Of a stretch of 64,000 bases of DNA, positions 42,421-53,060 are shown one piece after another. Within the stretch, counting starts at the first letter, position 1, and the number at the start of each line of letters is the position of its first letter. The translations under genes and the position numbers were made by a program. Source of the stretch: an uncultured Candidatus Rokubacteria bacterium. Lineage in GTDB: Bacteria; Methylomirabilota; Methylomirabilia; Rokubacteriales; CSP1-6. The DNA is taken from NCBI GenBank assembly GCA_963754315.1, contig CAVWFS010000006.1:173759-237758 (forward strand). The letters are read 5' to 3'. The notes under the pieces are model-generated. The model was given only the letters and a program-made list of their open reading frames with translations, was not told where the DNA came from and did not search any database.

Positions 42421-43550
42421 CCTGGAGCGGGCCAGGACCCCTTCTCCCGGTGCCGCTCGAGGGCGAGCTCGACGAGTCGCTCGATCAACTGACCGTAGTC
42501 GAGGCCGCTCGCTTCCCAGAGCCGCGCGTAGGCACTGGTGGAGGTGAAGCCGGGAATGGTGTTGATCTCATTCACGAGGGGTCGATCGCCCTCGAGAAAG
42601 AAGTCTACCCGCGCCATGCCAGCGCAATCGATCGCGCGGAAGGCCGCCAGCGCGAGGTCTTGGATGCGCGCGGTGAGCGCAGGGTCGAGGGGCGCCGGCA
42701 CGACGAGACGAGCCTGACCCTCCACATACTTCGTCGTGTAGTCATACCACTCCGCATCGTAGCGGACCTCGCCAGGCACGGAGGCCACCGGGGCATCGTT
42801 ACCGAGCACGCTGACCTCGACCTCGCGCGCCTTCACGGCCCGTTCCACCAGAATCTTGCGGTCATGACGCGCCGCCTCCTCGATGGCGGCGGCGAGGAAG
42901 ACGCCCTCGCGGACCTTGCTGATGCCGACACTGGAGCCGAGGTTGGATGGCTTGACGAAGCAGGGGAAGCCGATCGTCTCGGCCACGCGCCTCTCGACCA
43001 CCGACGGCGAGGCTCGCCATTCGTGCCGCAGGACCATCAGGTACTCGACCACCGGCAGGCCGTGGGCCACGAACACCGCCTTCATGGTCACCTTGTCCAT
43101 CCCGACGGCCGAGGCGAGCACACCGGCTCCCACATAGGGCAGATCTGCCATCTCCAGCAGCCCCTGCACGGTACCGTCCTCACCGTATGGGCCATGGAGC
43201 ATGATCACGACCGCGTCGAGTCCGTGCCGGAGCTCGACTGGAAGGCCTCCGGCCGGTTCGTGGCGCACGAGGGCGGACGAGGTCGCCGCCTGCCCCTCCG
43301 CTCGGTCCGCGAGCGCCTTCTTGACCGACCCGGTTGGATCGCCGCTGGGCAGCCCCACACGAGCCTCCGCGGCCAGCGCTCCCAGCACGTCCCCCCCAAC
43401 GGTCCAGCGCCCGTCACGGGCGATGCCAATGGGAACCACCGTGTGTCCAGAACGCTCGAGAGCGGCCATGACGGAAGCGGCCGACGCGAGCGACACCTCG
43501 TGCTCTCCGGAGCGACCGCCGAATATCACACCGATTCGCCGCGACACCAT
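42417..43550 (-). CDS. ddl: D-alanine--D-alanine ligase
   Basis: FGGRSGEHEVS, LHGPYGEDG, KPSNLGSSVG, YDYTTKY, NEINTIPGFT. Confidence 0.96.
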   Translation of the reverse strand: MVSRRIGVIFGGRSGEHEVSLASAASVMAALERSGHTVVPIGIARDGRWTVGGDVLGALAAEARVGLPSGDPTGSVKKALADRAEGQAATSSALVRHEPAGGLPVELRHGLDAVVIMLHGPYGEDGTVQGLLEMADLPYVGAGVLASAVGMDKVTMKAVFVAHGLPVVEYLMVLRHEWRASPSVVERRVAETIGFPCFVKPSNLGSSVGISKVREGVFLAAAIEEAARHDRKILVERAVKAREVEVSVLGNDAPVASVPGEVRYDAEWYDYTTKYVEGQARLVVPAPLDPALTARIQDLALAAFRAIDCAGMARVDFFLEGDRPLVNEINTIPGFTSTSAYARLWEASGLDYGQLIERLVELALERHREKGSWPAPG

Positions 43551-43725
43551 GGACCGGTATTCTAGCAGGCGCCGTTTCGAGATCGCGCGTGGATTGCGAG
43601 GTGACGAGGAGAATCGGCATGCCGCTGGCGAGGAGCGCATCGGCATGCGCTTCGCCGGTTTGTCCGGCGAGGTGGTGGTCAGCGCGGCGGGATCGACCTT
43701 CTCCTTCTGATCTCCGATTGGCTCT

Positions 43726-44477
43726 TTAGACGCGGCGGCGCTTGCGCCAGGCCCCCGCGGCGACCCCGGCGAGCCCCGTGCCGAGCAGGATCAGCGTGCC
43801 GGGCTCGGGGACGGCGGAGGGAGAGGTCGTAAAGTTGCCGACGATCAGAGGGCCGAGGTGTTGTTCTCGGCATTCGTCCACGTGTTCGTACCTTGAGTGA
43901 ACGAGCCGTCTTCTACGACATAGTGCAGGCCGCTGACGGTCACGTTGCCGAGCGACCAGGAGAGGTTACTCAAGTCCTGCATCGTCAGCCCGGTGATGAT
44001 GTCGCTGGACGGATTCGGGGTGTTGACGATGTGGAGGTTGAACGCCTCCGAATCGCTCGACGCCTGGGCTCGGTGAACGCGACATTCAAGGTCCACACGG
44101 CGTCGAAACTCGACGGGCCGAGGAGAGAGATGATCGGCGTGTTGGTCCACGTCAACTGCCCGATGACGACGTTGTAGGCGTCGGTCTGCACGTTGATGCT
44201 GACGTCCTCTGCCGTCAACGAGCTGGTTCCGAGCAGTCCGATGCCCCAACTGAGCTCGGTATCCGCTCCGTTGTCCGTATCCCGAGACCCGGCAATTGAA
44301 GCCAGAGATGCAGTTCGACGTGCTCGTGAACTTGCCGTCACTCTCTCCGACCACCTGAACGGCCAAGGCCGACGTGGCCAACATGAGGGCAGCGAGGCCT
44401 GTCACCAGGGCAGCCGGAGCGGAGCCATCAGAGGTCCGAACGGGAGGTTGAGACGCAGATTCAGCATGCATCTGCAC
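43726..44477 (-). CDS. PEP-CTERM sorting-domain surface protein, choice-of-anchor K-like (frameshifted)
   Basis: Signal peptide, Ser/Thr/Asn-rich body (IGQLTWTNTPI, VNTPN, AEN), C-terminal VPEPGTLILLGTGLAGVAAGAWRKRRRV; about 3 frameshifts. Confidence 0.85.
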
Positions 44478-44698
44478 ATGGCAATGACTGGGACCAGATC
44501 GAGTGAGTATGTTTTTTCAATGTCTTCTGAAGCATTGCTACCTAGGGCCCTGGCTGAGTGTAAAAGCGATTGACACCGAGCCTGAGGGCGTTGGTCTGGG
44601 ACTCGAGCTCGTCCTGGCGCCAATTTGCAAGGGAATCCGGCCGGGCGACGGCGCCGATACCATGGTCGGCGCTGTCAAGATGTACTGACACCCTGAGT

Positions 44699-46084
44699 TC
44701 AGGGTCGATCTCGCCTCTGCTCGGCTCGCCAGCGGCGCCATTCTGCGAGGCGCCGGGCCAGCTCCTTCTCAAGCCCTCGGTTGACAGGCCGGTAGTACTG
44801 CCGGCCGCTCAGCGACTCTGGAAGGTGTTCCTGGTCAACGAGCGCGTCAGGGGCGTCATGGGCGTACTGGTAGCCAGCACCGTAGCCGAGTGTGCCCATC
44901 AGCTTCGTCGGCGCGTTCCTGAGGTGGAGGGGCACCGGCTCCGATGGCTTGGAGCGCACGTCCTCCTGCGCTTCGTTGAAGGCCACGTAGGCGGCGTTGG
45001 ACTTCGGCGCGAGGGCGAGATAGAGCGTGGCCTGGGCAAGGGCCAGCTCGCCTTCGGGCGAACCCAGAAACTCGTAGGCCTCCTTGGCAGCAAGGGTGAG
45101 CCCGAGCGCGGTGGGATCGGCGTTGCCGACATCCTCTGACGCGAAGCGCACGAGCCGCCGGGCCACGTAGAGCGGATCCTCTCCGGACTCGAGCATGCGG
45201 GTCATCCAGTAGAGGGCTCCATCGGGGTCCGAGTCCCGGAGCGACTTGTGGAGCGCGGAAATGAGGTTGTAGTGCTCTTCGCCCGACTTGTCGTACAGAA
45301 GCGTCTTGCGTTGGGCGGCTTCCATGATGCTGGTGTCGGTGACTGCACGGCGCCCGTCGGTCTCGGGTGTCAGGTGGGCCGCCAGCTCCACGATGGTGAG
45401 GGCCGCCCGGGCGTCGGCGTTGGCCAGGCGGGCGATGAGCTGCAGAGCTTCCTCGGTCACCTCGACCCTCAGAGCTCCGAGGCCGCGCTCCGCGTCGACC
45501 AGAGCCCGCTTCATGATCGTCACGAGCTGGTCCTCGCCGAGGCCTCGCAGCACGTACACGCGGCAGCGCGAGAGCAGAGCGGCGTTCACCTCGAAGGAAG
45601 GGTTCTCGGTCGTGGCGCCGACGAGGATCACGGTACCCTTCTCAACGTGGGGTAGGAAGGCGTCCTGCTGGGATCGGTTGAAGCGGTGGATCTCGTCCAC
45701 GAACAGGATCGTGCGAAGGCCGCGGCGATGGCGCTCGTTCTCAGCCTCGGCAATGACCTCCCGGATCTCCCTCACGCCCGAGAGTACGGCAGAGAACGCC
45801 ATGAAACGCGCGCCAGCCACGGAGGCCATCAGCGAGGCCAGGGTGGTTTTGCCCGAGCCGGGCGGTCCCCAAAGGATCATCGAGTGCAGTTGGCCTGTCT
45901 CTATGGCCGAGCGCAGGACGCGGCCCGGCCCGAGGAGGTGCTCCTGGCCGACGATCTCGTCCAGGGTGCGTGGCCGCATCCGGTCGGCCAGGGGGGCTTC
46001 CCTGGAGGGCGCTGTCGAGACGGTGGCCTTTCGGGCACGCGCTGTCGACCGCGCCGGCTCGACGGGCTGCCCGAACAGGTCCAT
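44699..46084 (-). CDS. rarA: Replication-associated recombination protein A (MgsA)
   Basis: PLADRMRP, WGPPGSGKTT, DEIHRFN, GATTENPSF, ISALHKS, ASEDVGNADP. Confidence 0.96.
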   Translation of the reverse strand: MDLFGQPVEPARSTARARKATVSTAPSREAPLADRMRPRTLDEIVGQEHLLGPGRVLRSAIETGQLHSMILWGPPGSGKTTLASLMASVAGARFMAFSAVLSGVREIREVIAEAENERHRRGLRTILFVDEIHRFNRSQQDAFLPHVEKGTVILVGATTENPSFEVNAALLSRCRVYVLRGLGEDQLVTIMKRALVDAERGLGALRVEVTEEALQLIARLANADARAALTIVELAAHLTPETDGRRAVTDTSIMEAAQRKTLLYDKSGEEHYNLISALHKSLRDSDPDGALYWMTRMLESGEDPLYVARRLVRFASEDVGNADPTALGLTLAAKEAYEFLGSPEGELALAQATLYLALAPKSNAAYVAFNEAQEDVRSKPSEPVPLHLRNAPTKLMGTLGYGAGYQYAHDAPDALVDQEHLPESLSGRQYYRPVNRGLEKELARRLAEWRRWRAEQRRDRP

Positions 46085-46087
46085 GGG

Positions 46088-46753
46088 TTAGCCAGACTCT
46101 CGCAGCTTGGTCAGCAGAGCGGGAAGGTCGCGGAGGTGCTCAAGGGTTGCAACCGGCGTCACGTTCCAGCGCTCGAGGTCTCGTGGGTTTGTGCGGTAGG
46201 CGATGAACGGTACGCCGGCCGCACCCGCGGCGGCCCCGTCCACCCACGAATCCCCAACGACGACCGCTTGGGGAGCCTCGAGGGCACCTCCCAAACCTCT
46301 GGTCGTCGTTGCGATTTCACAAATCACGCGCCAGCCGTCGGGGTGGGGCTTGAGCTGCCGCATCTCGTCCCGGGTGACGGTGATGTCGAGGAGCACGTCG
46401 AGGCCAAAGCGCGTGAGGGCATGCAGGGTGACCTCGCGTGCGTTGTTCGTCCACAGCGCGGTGTGGAACCCGGCAGCGCGGGCCCCGGTCACGGCCTCCA
46501 TGGCGCCCGGTTCGAGCGAGGCGTCTCCCACCGCCTTCCGCTCGTGGTCGAGCGCGATCGACCAAAGATCGGCCTCCAGGTCAGGCACCTCGGTCTGACA
46601 GAGGGCGATCAGCTCACCAACGCGGTAGCGGTCGGGACGAGTCGGCAGAGGCCGCCACCGGTCCTCCAGGTGGCCGCGCATGTCGAGGGCCATGGCAGCC
46701 AGGTCGAGGGGCGAGCGGATGAGTGTGTGGTCGAGGTCGAAGACACAGAGCAT
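46088..46753 (-). CDS. HAD superfamily hydrolase
   Basis: FDLDHTL, WTNN, KPHP, VGDSWVD. Confidence 0.9.
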   Translation of the reverse strand: MLCVFDLDHTLIRSPLDLAAMALDMRGHLEDRWRPLPTRPDRYRVGELIALCQTEVPDLEADLWSIALDHERKAVGDASLEPGAMEAVTGARAAGFHTALWTNNAREVTLHALTRFGLDVLLDITVTRDEMRQLKPHPDGWRVICEIATTTRGLGGALEAPQAVVVGDSWVDGAAAGAAGVPFIAYRTNPRDLERWNVTPVATLEHLRDLPALLTKLRESG

Positions 46754-46809
46754 GTGCCGACGGTAGCATAGCGAGCGGCTCGCGAGCGTCCCACGGTAAA
46801 ATGAAACGC

Positions 46810-48252
46810 ATGAAGCGCCGTGCGCCGGTCCTGGCTGCCCTTGCCGTGCTGCTGTCGCTTGCTCTCCCGGTGTCGCCAGCGGTCGGGCTCGACGAGCCCG
46901 ATCGGCTCTGGCTCGTGGGCGAGCGTGCCTTCGCGGACGGCCTCTATCCTCTGGCGCGCAGTGTCCTCGAGCGCTTCGTGGCGGGCTTCCCGGGCGACCC
47001 GCGCATGGCGGAGGCCACGTTCGTCCTCGGCAAGACACGGCTTGCCCTGGGGGAGCCACAGGCCGCGCTGCTCCTCTTGCGACGGGTACAGACGGTCGAC
47101 CCCCCACCGCCCTGGCGGGTCGATGCTCGCTTTTGGGAGGGCGAGGCGCTCTTCCGTCTGAAGAACTATGCGGAAGCCCGTGCCGCGTACGACGATCTGC
47201 TGCGCACCAACGCCGCCTCGCCACTCGCCGCCGACGCCCTCTACGGGATGGCCTTCGCCGATGTCGAAATGGGTCAGCGAGCCCGCGGCGCCGACGAGTT
47301 CGGTGAGTTTCTCAAGACCTGGCCCCAGCATCCGCTTGTCCCGTCGGCGACGTACAACCAGGCTCGGGTGCTCATCGATCTCAAGCGATCCCCCGAGGCG
47401 GTGGCGCTCCTATCGAACTTCGAGACCAGGTTTCCGAACCACAAGCTCGCCCCGGACGCGGCGTATTTGCTCGGCGTGGCGCGGGTGCAGAGTGGTGACA
47501 CCAAAGCCGGCATTGCCGATCTGCGCGCCTTCGTCAGCGCGAATCCGTCGCATCCTCAGACGGGGGCGGCGCAGAAGGTCATCAAGGAGACGCTCGGGCG
47601 GCCCGGCAGCAAAGAAGAGCTGGCGGCCAGCCACAAGACTCTGATGGCGGACCGGTCCCCCACGCCGGAGGGATATGCGGAGGCGGCGAACGCCGCCCGC
47701 CTCCTGGGCCGGAGCGCCGACCAGGAAGCGGCCTGGCGCAAGCTTCGCGCGACCTTCCCCGAGCATCCGCTCGGTCGGCAGGCAGCGCTCGAGCTCGCCA
47801 ATCGCGCGTTCGCGCGCAACGACTGGAAGGAAGCCGCGAGCTTGGCGCAGGCCGCCAGCGCTGACCCGGCTCTTCGACCGGAAGCGCTCCTCCTGGCTGG
47901 GGAATCCGAGCTGAAGCTCAAGCGGTACGCCGCCGCCCTGAAGGCCTTCGGCGGTGTGACGGCCACCGAGGCCGTGGAGCCGAAGGTGCGCTACCGCGCC
48001 GTGGCGGGCTCTGGGATTGCCTACGAGGCCCAGGAGCAGTGGCGCCCGGCGCTGACGGCGTACGAAGCGGTCGCCGAGCGGAGCCCCGATCCGACCTTGC
48101 GGAACTGGGCGCGGGCACGTGCGGCCGAGGTGAGACTGCACGTCGACAAGCCGCCCGAGAAGGCGACACCGAAGGCGGTGCCGAAGTCGGGATCGAAGTC
48201 CGATCCGAAGCCCGGGGCGAAACCGTCGCCCAAATCAGGAGGAGGCTCGTGA
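46810..48252 (+). CDS. Exported TPR protein (BamD/CpoB-type repeats)
   Basis: Signal peptide; repeated A..F...P.HP...A.Y helical repeats; Lys/Pro-rich tail. Confidence 0.85.
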   Translation: MKRRAPVLAALAVLLSLALPVSPAVGLDEPDRLWLVGERAFADGLYPLARSVLERFVAGFPGDPRMAEATFVLGKTRLALGEPQAALLLLRRVQTVDPPPPWRVDARFWEGEALFRLKNYAEARAAYDDLLRTNAASPLAADALYGMAFADVEMGQRARGADEFGEFLKTWPQHPLVPSATYNQARVLIDLKRSPEAVALLSNFETRFPNHKLAPDAAYLLGVARVQSGDTKAGIADLRAFVSANPSHPQTGAAQKVIKETLGRPGSKEELAASHKTLMADRSPTPEGYAEAANAARLLGRSADQEAAWRKLRATFPEHPLGRQAALELANRAFARNDWKEAASLAQAASADPALRPEALLLAGESELKLKRYAAALKAFGGVTATEAVEPKVRYRAVAGSGIAYEAQEQWRPALTAYEAVAERSPDPTLRNWARARAAEVRLHVDKPPEKATPKAVPKSGSKSDPKPGAKPSPKSGGGS

Positions 48253-51230
48253 GACTCATCGCGCTTGCGCTCGCTGTCTGGGCGTGGTCAGCGTCGTGGG
48301 CCGCTGCCCAACCGGCTGTGATTCCGCTGACCCCGCCGCTGCCCGAGCTCACGCCTTTGCTCGAGTTCGTGGAGGCTCCCCTCGACAAGCCGGTTGTCCC
48401 GATCCCGAACGTCAAGCTTCCCGGACCTCCAGAGAGCTTGCCTGCGCTGCCCCCGGCCAAGCTCGTGTCCCTTCCAGACAAGGTCACACCGCCCGTGCCG
48501 TCGTCGCGCATGCTGGCGTGCGCGGGGACGTGGCTCGGTGTCGCCTCGGAATCCTACGAGTGCGGGGTGGCTCGGTTTCGCGAAGGAAAGTATGACGAGG
48601 CAGCGCGCGATTTGGGGCAAGCCGTGCGCCTGGGCGGTGATCGTCAGGACCTGATCCGCCTGGCTCGATACTGGCTCGGTGAGAGCTACTGGCGACTCGG
48701 ACGGCTCGAGCTTGCGGATCGCGCGTTCGGCCAGGTTGCCCAGACGGGAGGGCGCGACGGCCTCGATCTCTGGGCGCTGCAGGGCAGCGGCTGGACGGCC
48801 CTGCGGTTGGGTGACCCTGCGCGTGCGCGTGAGGCCTTCACGCGGCTCGTGGCGGCGCGGCCGCCCAGCCCGCTGGACGTCTACGGGCTCTTCGGGCTCG
48901 CGATGGCCTCGTACGAGCTGGGCAGATACGAGGAGGCGCAAAAGGCGTGGAGTGAGACCATGGCGCGGCCCCTGCCACCGGCGCTCGCGCGAGACGCGGC
49001 TTTCTGGTACGGCGACACCCTTGGGCGAGTCGGACAGTACGATCGCGCCACGGCCGAGCTTGGTCGCTTCGTCACTGCCGGTCCGCATCCTCTGCTCGAA
49101 ACAGGGAAGCTCCGGCTCGGCTGGTGGTTCCTGGCCGGCGGGAAATACGCGGCCAGCGCGGCCCGGTTGCGCGAGGTGCAGGGGCTCGGCCGTGGGAACG
49201 GCCCCGATGAGCGCGACTGGCGGGACGCGGGGCTCGCGCTGGCCCTGCTCGGCACCGGCGACATCGACGGGGCACGCAACGCTGCCCGAGAGCTCTCGGA
49301 GCGCAAGTCGAAGCTGGCGGCGCCCGTCAAGCTCCGGTTGCTCGATGCCGTGGTCGCCGCGCGTCGCGGTGCGGATGCGGAGGTGCTCGCACAGGAGCTG
49401 CTGGCCGGCGATCTCGATTCGGCGACTCGCGCCTGGGTGCTTCTGCGCAAGGGCGACAGTAGTCGGCTCAACGGGAACATCGACGAGGCGCGCACCCAGT
49501 ACGAGCTCGCCCGCACTGCCGCCGGGGCCAGCGAGATGGCACAGCACGCAGGATTCCGGCTCGCGCAGACGAACTTCGAGTTTCGCGAGTTCGCGCAGGC
49601 CGCCACGGAGAGTGGGCAGGTCGCCCTGTCGGCGGCGCCTGCCGATCTGCGCGCAGCGGCCCTGATTCTGCAGGCCGAGGCCGCCTATGCGGCCGGGGAC
49701 TATGCCACCGCCGATACGGCGTATGGGAAGCTGCTTGCCGACGCGCCCCAGCATCCCGACGCGCCGCTCGTGCGCCTCGCGCAGGCCTGGACGGCCCTCC
49801 GGCGCGATCAGCGTGAGCAAGCGCGCCGCCGCTTCACGGAGTTTGCGACCGCGTATCCGTCGGATCCTCGTCGGGCCGATGCTCTCGTCCTGGCCTCCGA
49901 GCTGGCGTTACGAAGCCAGGATGTGAATGCGGCGCGGCGGCTACTGGAACAGGTCATCAAGGAGTATCCGACGAGTCCGCGCACGCAATTCGCCCGCTTG
50001 AACCTCGCCATCCTCCTTGCCCGCACCGGTGATACCGCTACGGCCCAGCGCGCGCTGACGGAGTGGTTGGCGCAGTCACCGTTCCCACCCTTGATCGGCC
50101 GCGCGCGAACATCGCTCGGCGCCGTGCACCTGGCAGCCAATCGCCCCGCAGAGGCTGGACGCGAGTTCACCTTGGCCCGCAAGGAGGGAGGGGGAGCGAT
50201 CGCAGCGCTGGGGCTCGGGACGGTTGCGCTCCGAGAGAACCGATGGGACGACGCCGAGCGCGAGCTGAAGGAAGCGGCCGGGACGGGGACGGCCGCCGTG
50301 ACTGCGACCGCCGAGTACGGGCTGGCCGTGGTTGCGCTCCAGAAGGGGAACCCGGGGGAGTTCAAGAAGATCGCGAACCAGACGCTCGATGCGGCGCCGA
50401 CCGGCCCGGCGGCGCCACACTTGCTCTACATCTTGACCGGGCTTGCTGTCCAGGAGCGCGACTGGGCCGTCGCTCTCACGACCGCCAAGCGGCTCGTCGC
50501 TCAATTCAAGGGCGCGGAGTTTGCCGACGACGCGCTCGAGCGGGTCATCGTCGGTTCCGCCCAGGCGCAGTCCTGGCGCACCGTCTCGGAGGCCTACCAG
50601 ATCCTGCGCCAGCAGTACCCGCAGAGCCCCTTCGTCGCCAGCTCACGATCCCTGTTTGCCGAGGCGGAAATTGAAAACGGTCGGCCCGACGTGGCCCGGC
50701 GCGAGCTCGAGGCCATCGCGCCCTCGCTCACCTCCGCCGACGCGAGCCGCGCCCTCGTCGCACTGGGCCGGGCGCGGGAGGCAACCGGGGATCGCGCGGG
50801 CGCTCTGGATGCCTTCTCGCGCGCGTCGCGCGGTGCTGGTTCGGCCGATCTTAGCAAGGACGCCGTGGTCCAGCAGGCGCGCATCCTGCTCGAGGAGAAG
50901 CGGTGGAACGAGGCGCGGGGTCTGCTCGAGCCGCTGCTCAAGAGTCCCGAGCCGGGCCCGGTCGCCGACGCCGCGCAGGGCATCGGTCAGAGCTTCCAGG
51001 GTGAGGGAAACTACCTGGCGGCCGCGGAGTTCTTCATGACCGCCGCCTACGTGGCACCCGAGTCGGCGGCTGGTCGGCGGGCGCTGCTGGGTGCTGGGCA
51101 GAGCTTCGCCGCCCTCAAGCAACCCGATTCGGCGGCCGTCGTCTATCGCAAGTTGCTGGCGCAGCCGGATCTGCCCCCGGACCTTGCCGCCGCCGCTCGT
51201 CAGGGCCTCGCCGCCACCGGGCGCCAGTAG
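48249..51230 (+). CDS. Large exported TPR protein with Pro-rich N-terminus
   Basis: GTG overlapping upstream stop, signal peptide, about 990 aa of TPR-like repeats (ARYWLGESY, AAFWYGD, YPTSP). Confidence 0.85.
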   Translation: MRLIALALAVWAWSASWAAAQPAVIPLTPPLPELTPLLEFVEAPLDKPVVPIPNVKLPGPPESLPALPPAKLVSLPDKVTPPVPSSRMLACAGTWLGVASESYECGVARFREGKYDEAARDLGQAVRLGGDRQDLIRLARYWLGESYWRLGRLELADRAFGQVAQTGGRDGLDLWALQGSGWTALRLGDPARAREAFTRLVAARPPSPLDVYGLFGLAMASYELGRYEEAQKAWSETMARPLPPALARDAAFWYGDTLGRVGQYDRATAELGRFVTAGPHPLLETGKLRLGWWFLAGGKYAASAARLREVQGLGRGNGPDERDWRDAGLALALLGTGDIDGARNAARELSERKSKLAAPVKLRLLDAVVAARRGADAEVLAQELLAGDLDSATRAWVLLRKGDSSRLNGNIDEARTQYELARTAAGASEMAQHAGFRLAQTNFEFREFAQAATESGQVALSAAPADLRAAALILQAEAAYAAGDYATADTAYGKLLADAPQHPDAPLVRLAQAWTALRRDQREQARRRFTEFATAYPSDPRRADALVLASELALRSQDVNAARRLLEQVIKEYPTSPRTQFARLNLAILLARTGDTATAQRALTEWLAQSPFPPLIGRARTSLGAVHLAANRPAEAGREFTLARKEGGGAIAALGLGTVALRENRWDDAERELKEAAGTGTAAVTATAEYGLAVVALQKGNPGEFKKIANQTLDAAPTGPAAPHLLYILTGLAVQERDWAVALTTAKRLVAQFKGAEFADDALERVIVGSAQAQSWRTVSEAYQILRQQYPQSPFVASSRSLFAEAEIENGRPDVARRELEAIAPSLTSADASRALVALGRAREATGDRAGALDAFSRASRGAGSADLSKDAVVQQARILLEEKRWNEARGLLEPLLKSPEPGPVADAAQGIGQSFQGEGNYLAAAEFFMTAAYVAPESAAGRRALLGAGQSFAALKQPDSAAVVYRKLLAQPDLPPDLAAAARQGLAATGRQ

Positions 51231-51231
51231 G

Positions 51232-53055
51232 GTGAAGGGCTACGGCGGTCGGCAACTCTTCATCGACCTCGGACGCGGAACGTCGCACAGCGAGCGGCTT
51301 GATGAGGCGACGGCGCGGGCCTTCCTGGGTGGCAACGGTCTGGCCGCGCAACTGCTCTACGAGCGTGTTCCCGCCGGGACCGACCCCTTTGATCCCGCGA
51401 ACGCCGTAGTCTTCGGGGTGGGTCCCATCACCGACACGACAGTGCCCGGAAACAGCCGCGCCTGCGTGGCGACCAAGTCACCCTTGACCGGCCTCTTCTT
51501 CGACTCGACCTTCGGGGGACGGTGGCCGGCCACGATGAAGCGCACGGGGTTCGACACGCTCTGCATCGACGGCGCCGCGTCCGCGCCGTCGTACGTGTGC
51601 GTTGGCGAGCACGGGGCCGAGGTGAAGTCGGCGGTCTCGCTCTGGGGAGCCACCACACGGGATACGGTGCAGGCCCTGCTAGAGGTCGAGGGTGCGGATG
51701 CCGATGTCATCGCCATCGGTCCCGCCGGCGAGAAGCGCGTGCGGTTCGCGTGCATGACCCACTACTGGAAGAATCGCGAGGCGGTCGCCGGGCGCGGGGG
51801 GATCGCCGCTGTGATGGGAGCCAAGAACCTCAAGGCCGTGGTGGTGAAGGGAGCGCGCAAGACCGAGGTGGCCGATCCCGCCCGTCTGAAGGCACTCGTC
51901 GACGAGACGCGTGAGCCCCTGAAGACGGGGACCAAGGCCCTGTCGGTCTTCGGCACCCCGTTCCTGGTCGGGCCCATCAACGCGCTCGGCGCACTGGGCG
52001 CCTACAACCTCAAAGAGGAAACCTTCGCGCAGGCGCAGGCGGTGGGCGGCGAGTCCATGAAGGAGCACTACCACGACCGCGACACCACATGTCTCAAGTG
52101 TCCGGTGGCCTGTGGCAAGCAGTACGCCATCAAGGACGGTGAGTTCGCCGGCACTCGCGCCAAGATGCCGGAGTACGAGTCGATCTTCGCGCTGGGTCCG
52201 ATGCTCGGCAACGCCAATCCCGAGTCGCTCATCCTCGCCAACGACATCTGTGACCGGCTAGGCCTGGACACCATTTCGATGGGAGTGACCTTGGCCTTCG
52301 TGCTGGAGGCGCTGGAGCGCGGCTGGCTCACGGCGGCAGACGTCGGAATGCCCTTCGGCTGGGGTGACTGGCGCGCCATGGTGAGGCTCGTCGAACTGAC
52401 CGCGCGCCGCGAAGGGTTCGGCGATCGTCTCGCCGAGGGCGCCTGGCGGCTCGCCGAGTCCGTGCATCCCGACGCGACCAAGCTCGTGTATGCCGTCAAG
52501 CGACTCGAGCTCCCCGCCCATTCGGCCCGCGCCCTCAAGGGACTCTCAATCGGGTATGCGACGGCCACCCGCGGCGGTAGTCACCACGACACACGGCCCA
52601 CGCCCCAGTACGCGCCGACCTTCGATCGCCGCTCGACCGCCGACAAGCCGGCCTTCGCCGTGAAGAGCCAGCACTTCACCGCGGTAGGCGACTCGCTCGT
52701 GATGTGCCGATTCACCTCGGAGCGAGGGTTCGGGATGTTCGTGGGCGAGCCATACGTGACGATGGTCAACGCCGTGACCGGATGGAGCATGACCGTCGAC
52801 GAGCTGGAGCGGGTCGGCGAGCGCATCATCAACCTGGAGCGACTCTTCAATGTGCGGGAAGGCGTGCGCCGTGCCGCCGACGTGCTCCCGTGGCGGGTCA
52901 TGCACGAGCCGATCCCCGACGGCCCCTCGGCTGGAGCCTACTGTCCTCCCGACGAACTCGGCGCGATGCTCGACGAGTACTACGGTCTGCGGGGGTGGGA
53001 CGCCCAGGGCGTACCCACCTCCGAGCGACTGACGTCACTCGGCTTGCGCGCGTAA
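51232..53055 (+). CDS. Aldehyde:ferredoxin oxidoreductase (tungsten AOR family)
   Basis: FLGGNG, KSPLTG, IGPAGE, GRGG..AVMGAKNLKA, CLKCPVAC, PEYE, GLDTIS, EYYGLRGWD. Confidence 0.93.
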   Translation: MKGYGGRQLFIDLGRGTSHSERLDEATARAFLGGNGLAAQLLYERVPAGTDPFDPANAVVFGVGPITDTTVPGNSRACVATKSPLTGLFFDSTFGGRWPATMKRTGFDTLCIDGAASAPSYVCVGEHGAEVKSAVSLWGATTRDTVQALLEVEGADADVIAIGPAGEKRVRFACMTHYWKNREAVAGRGGIAAVMGAKNLKAVVVKGARKTEVADPARLKALVDETREPLKTGTKALSVFGTPFLVGPINALGALGAYNLKEETFAQAQAVGGESMKEHYHDRDTTCLKCPVACGKQYAIKDGEFAGTRAKMPEYESIFALGPMLGNANPESLILANDICDRLGLDTISMGVTLAFVLEALERGWLTAADVGMPFGWGDWRAMVRLVELTARREGFGDRLAEGAWRLAESVHPDATKLVYAVKRLELPAHSARALKGLSIGYATATRGGSHHDTRPTPQYAPTFDRRSTADKPAFAVKSQHFTAVGDSLVMCRFTSERGFGMFVGEPYVTMVNAVTGWSMTVDELERVGERIINLERLFNVREGVRRAADVLPWRVMHEPIPDGPSAGAYCPPDELGAMLDEYYGLRGWDAQGVPTSERLTSLGLRA

Positions 53056-53060
53056 GACCG

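Noticed and set aside
44616..44629. Sigma-54 site TGGCGCCAATTTGC near the PEP-CTERM gene
   Set aside because: GG-GC spacing is 9 nt and it faces away from the gene
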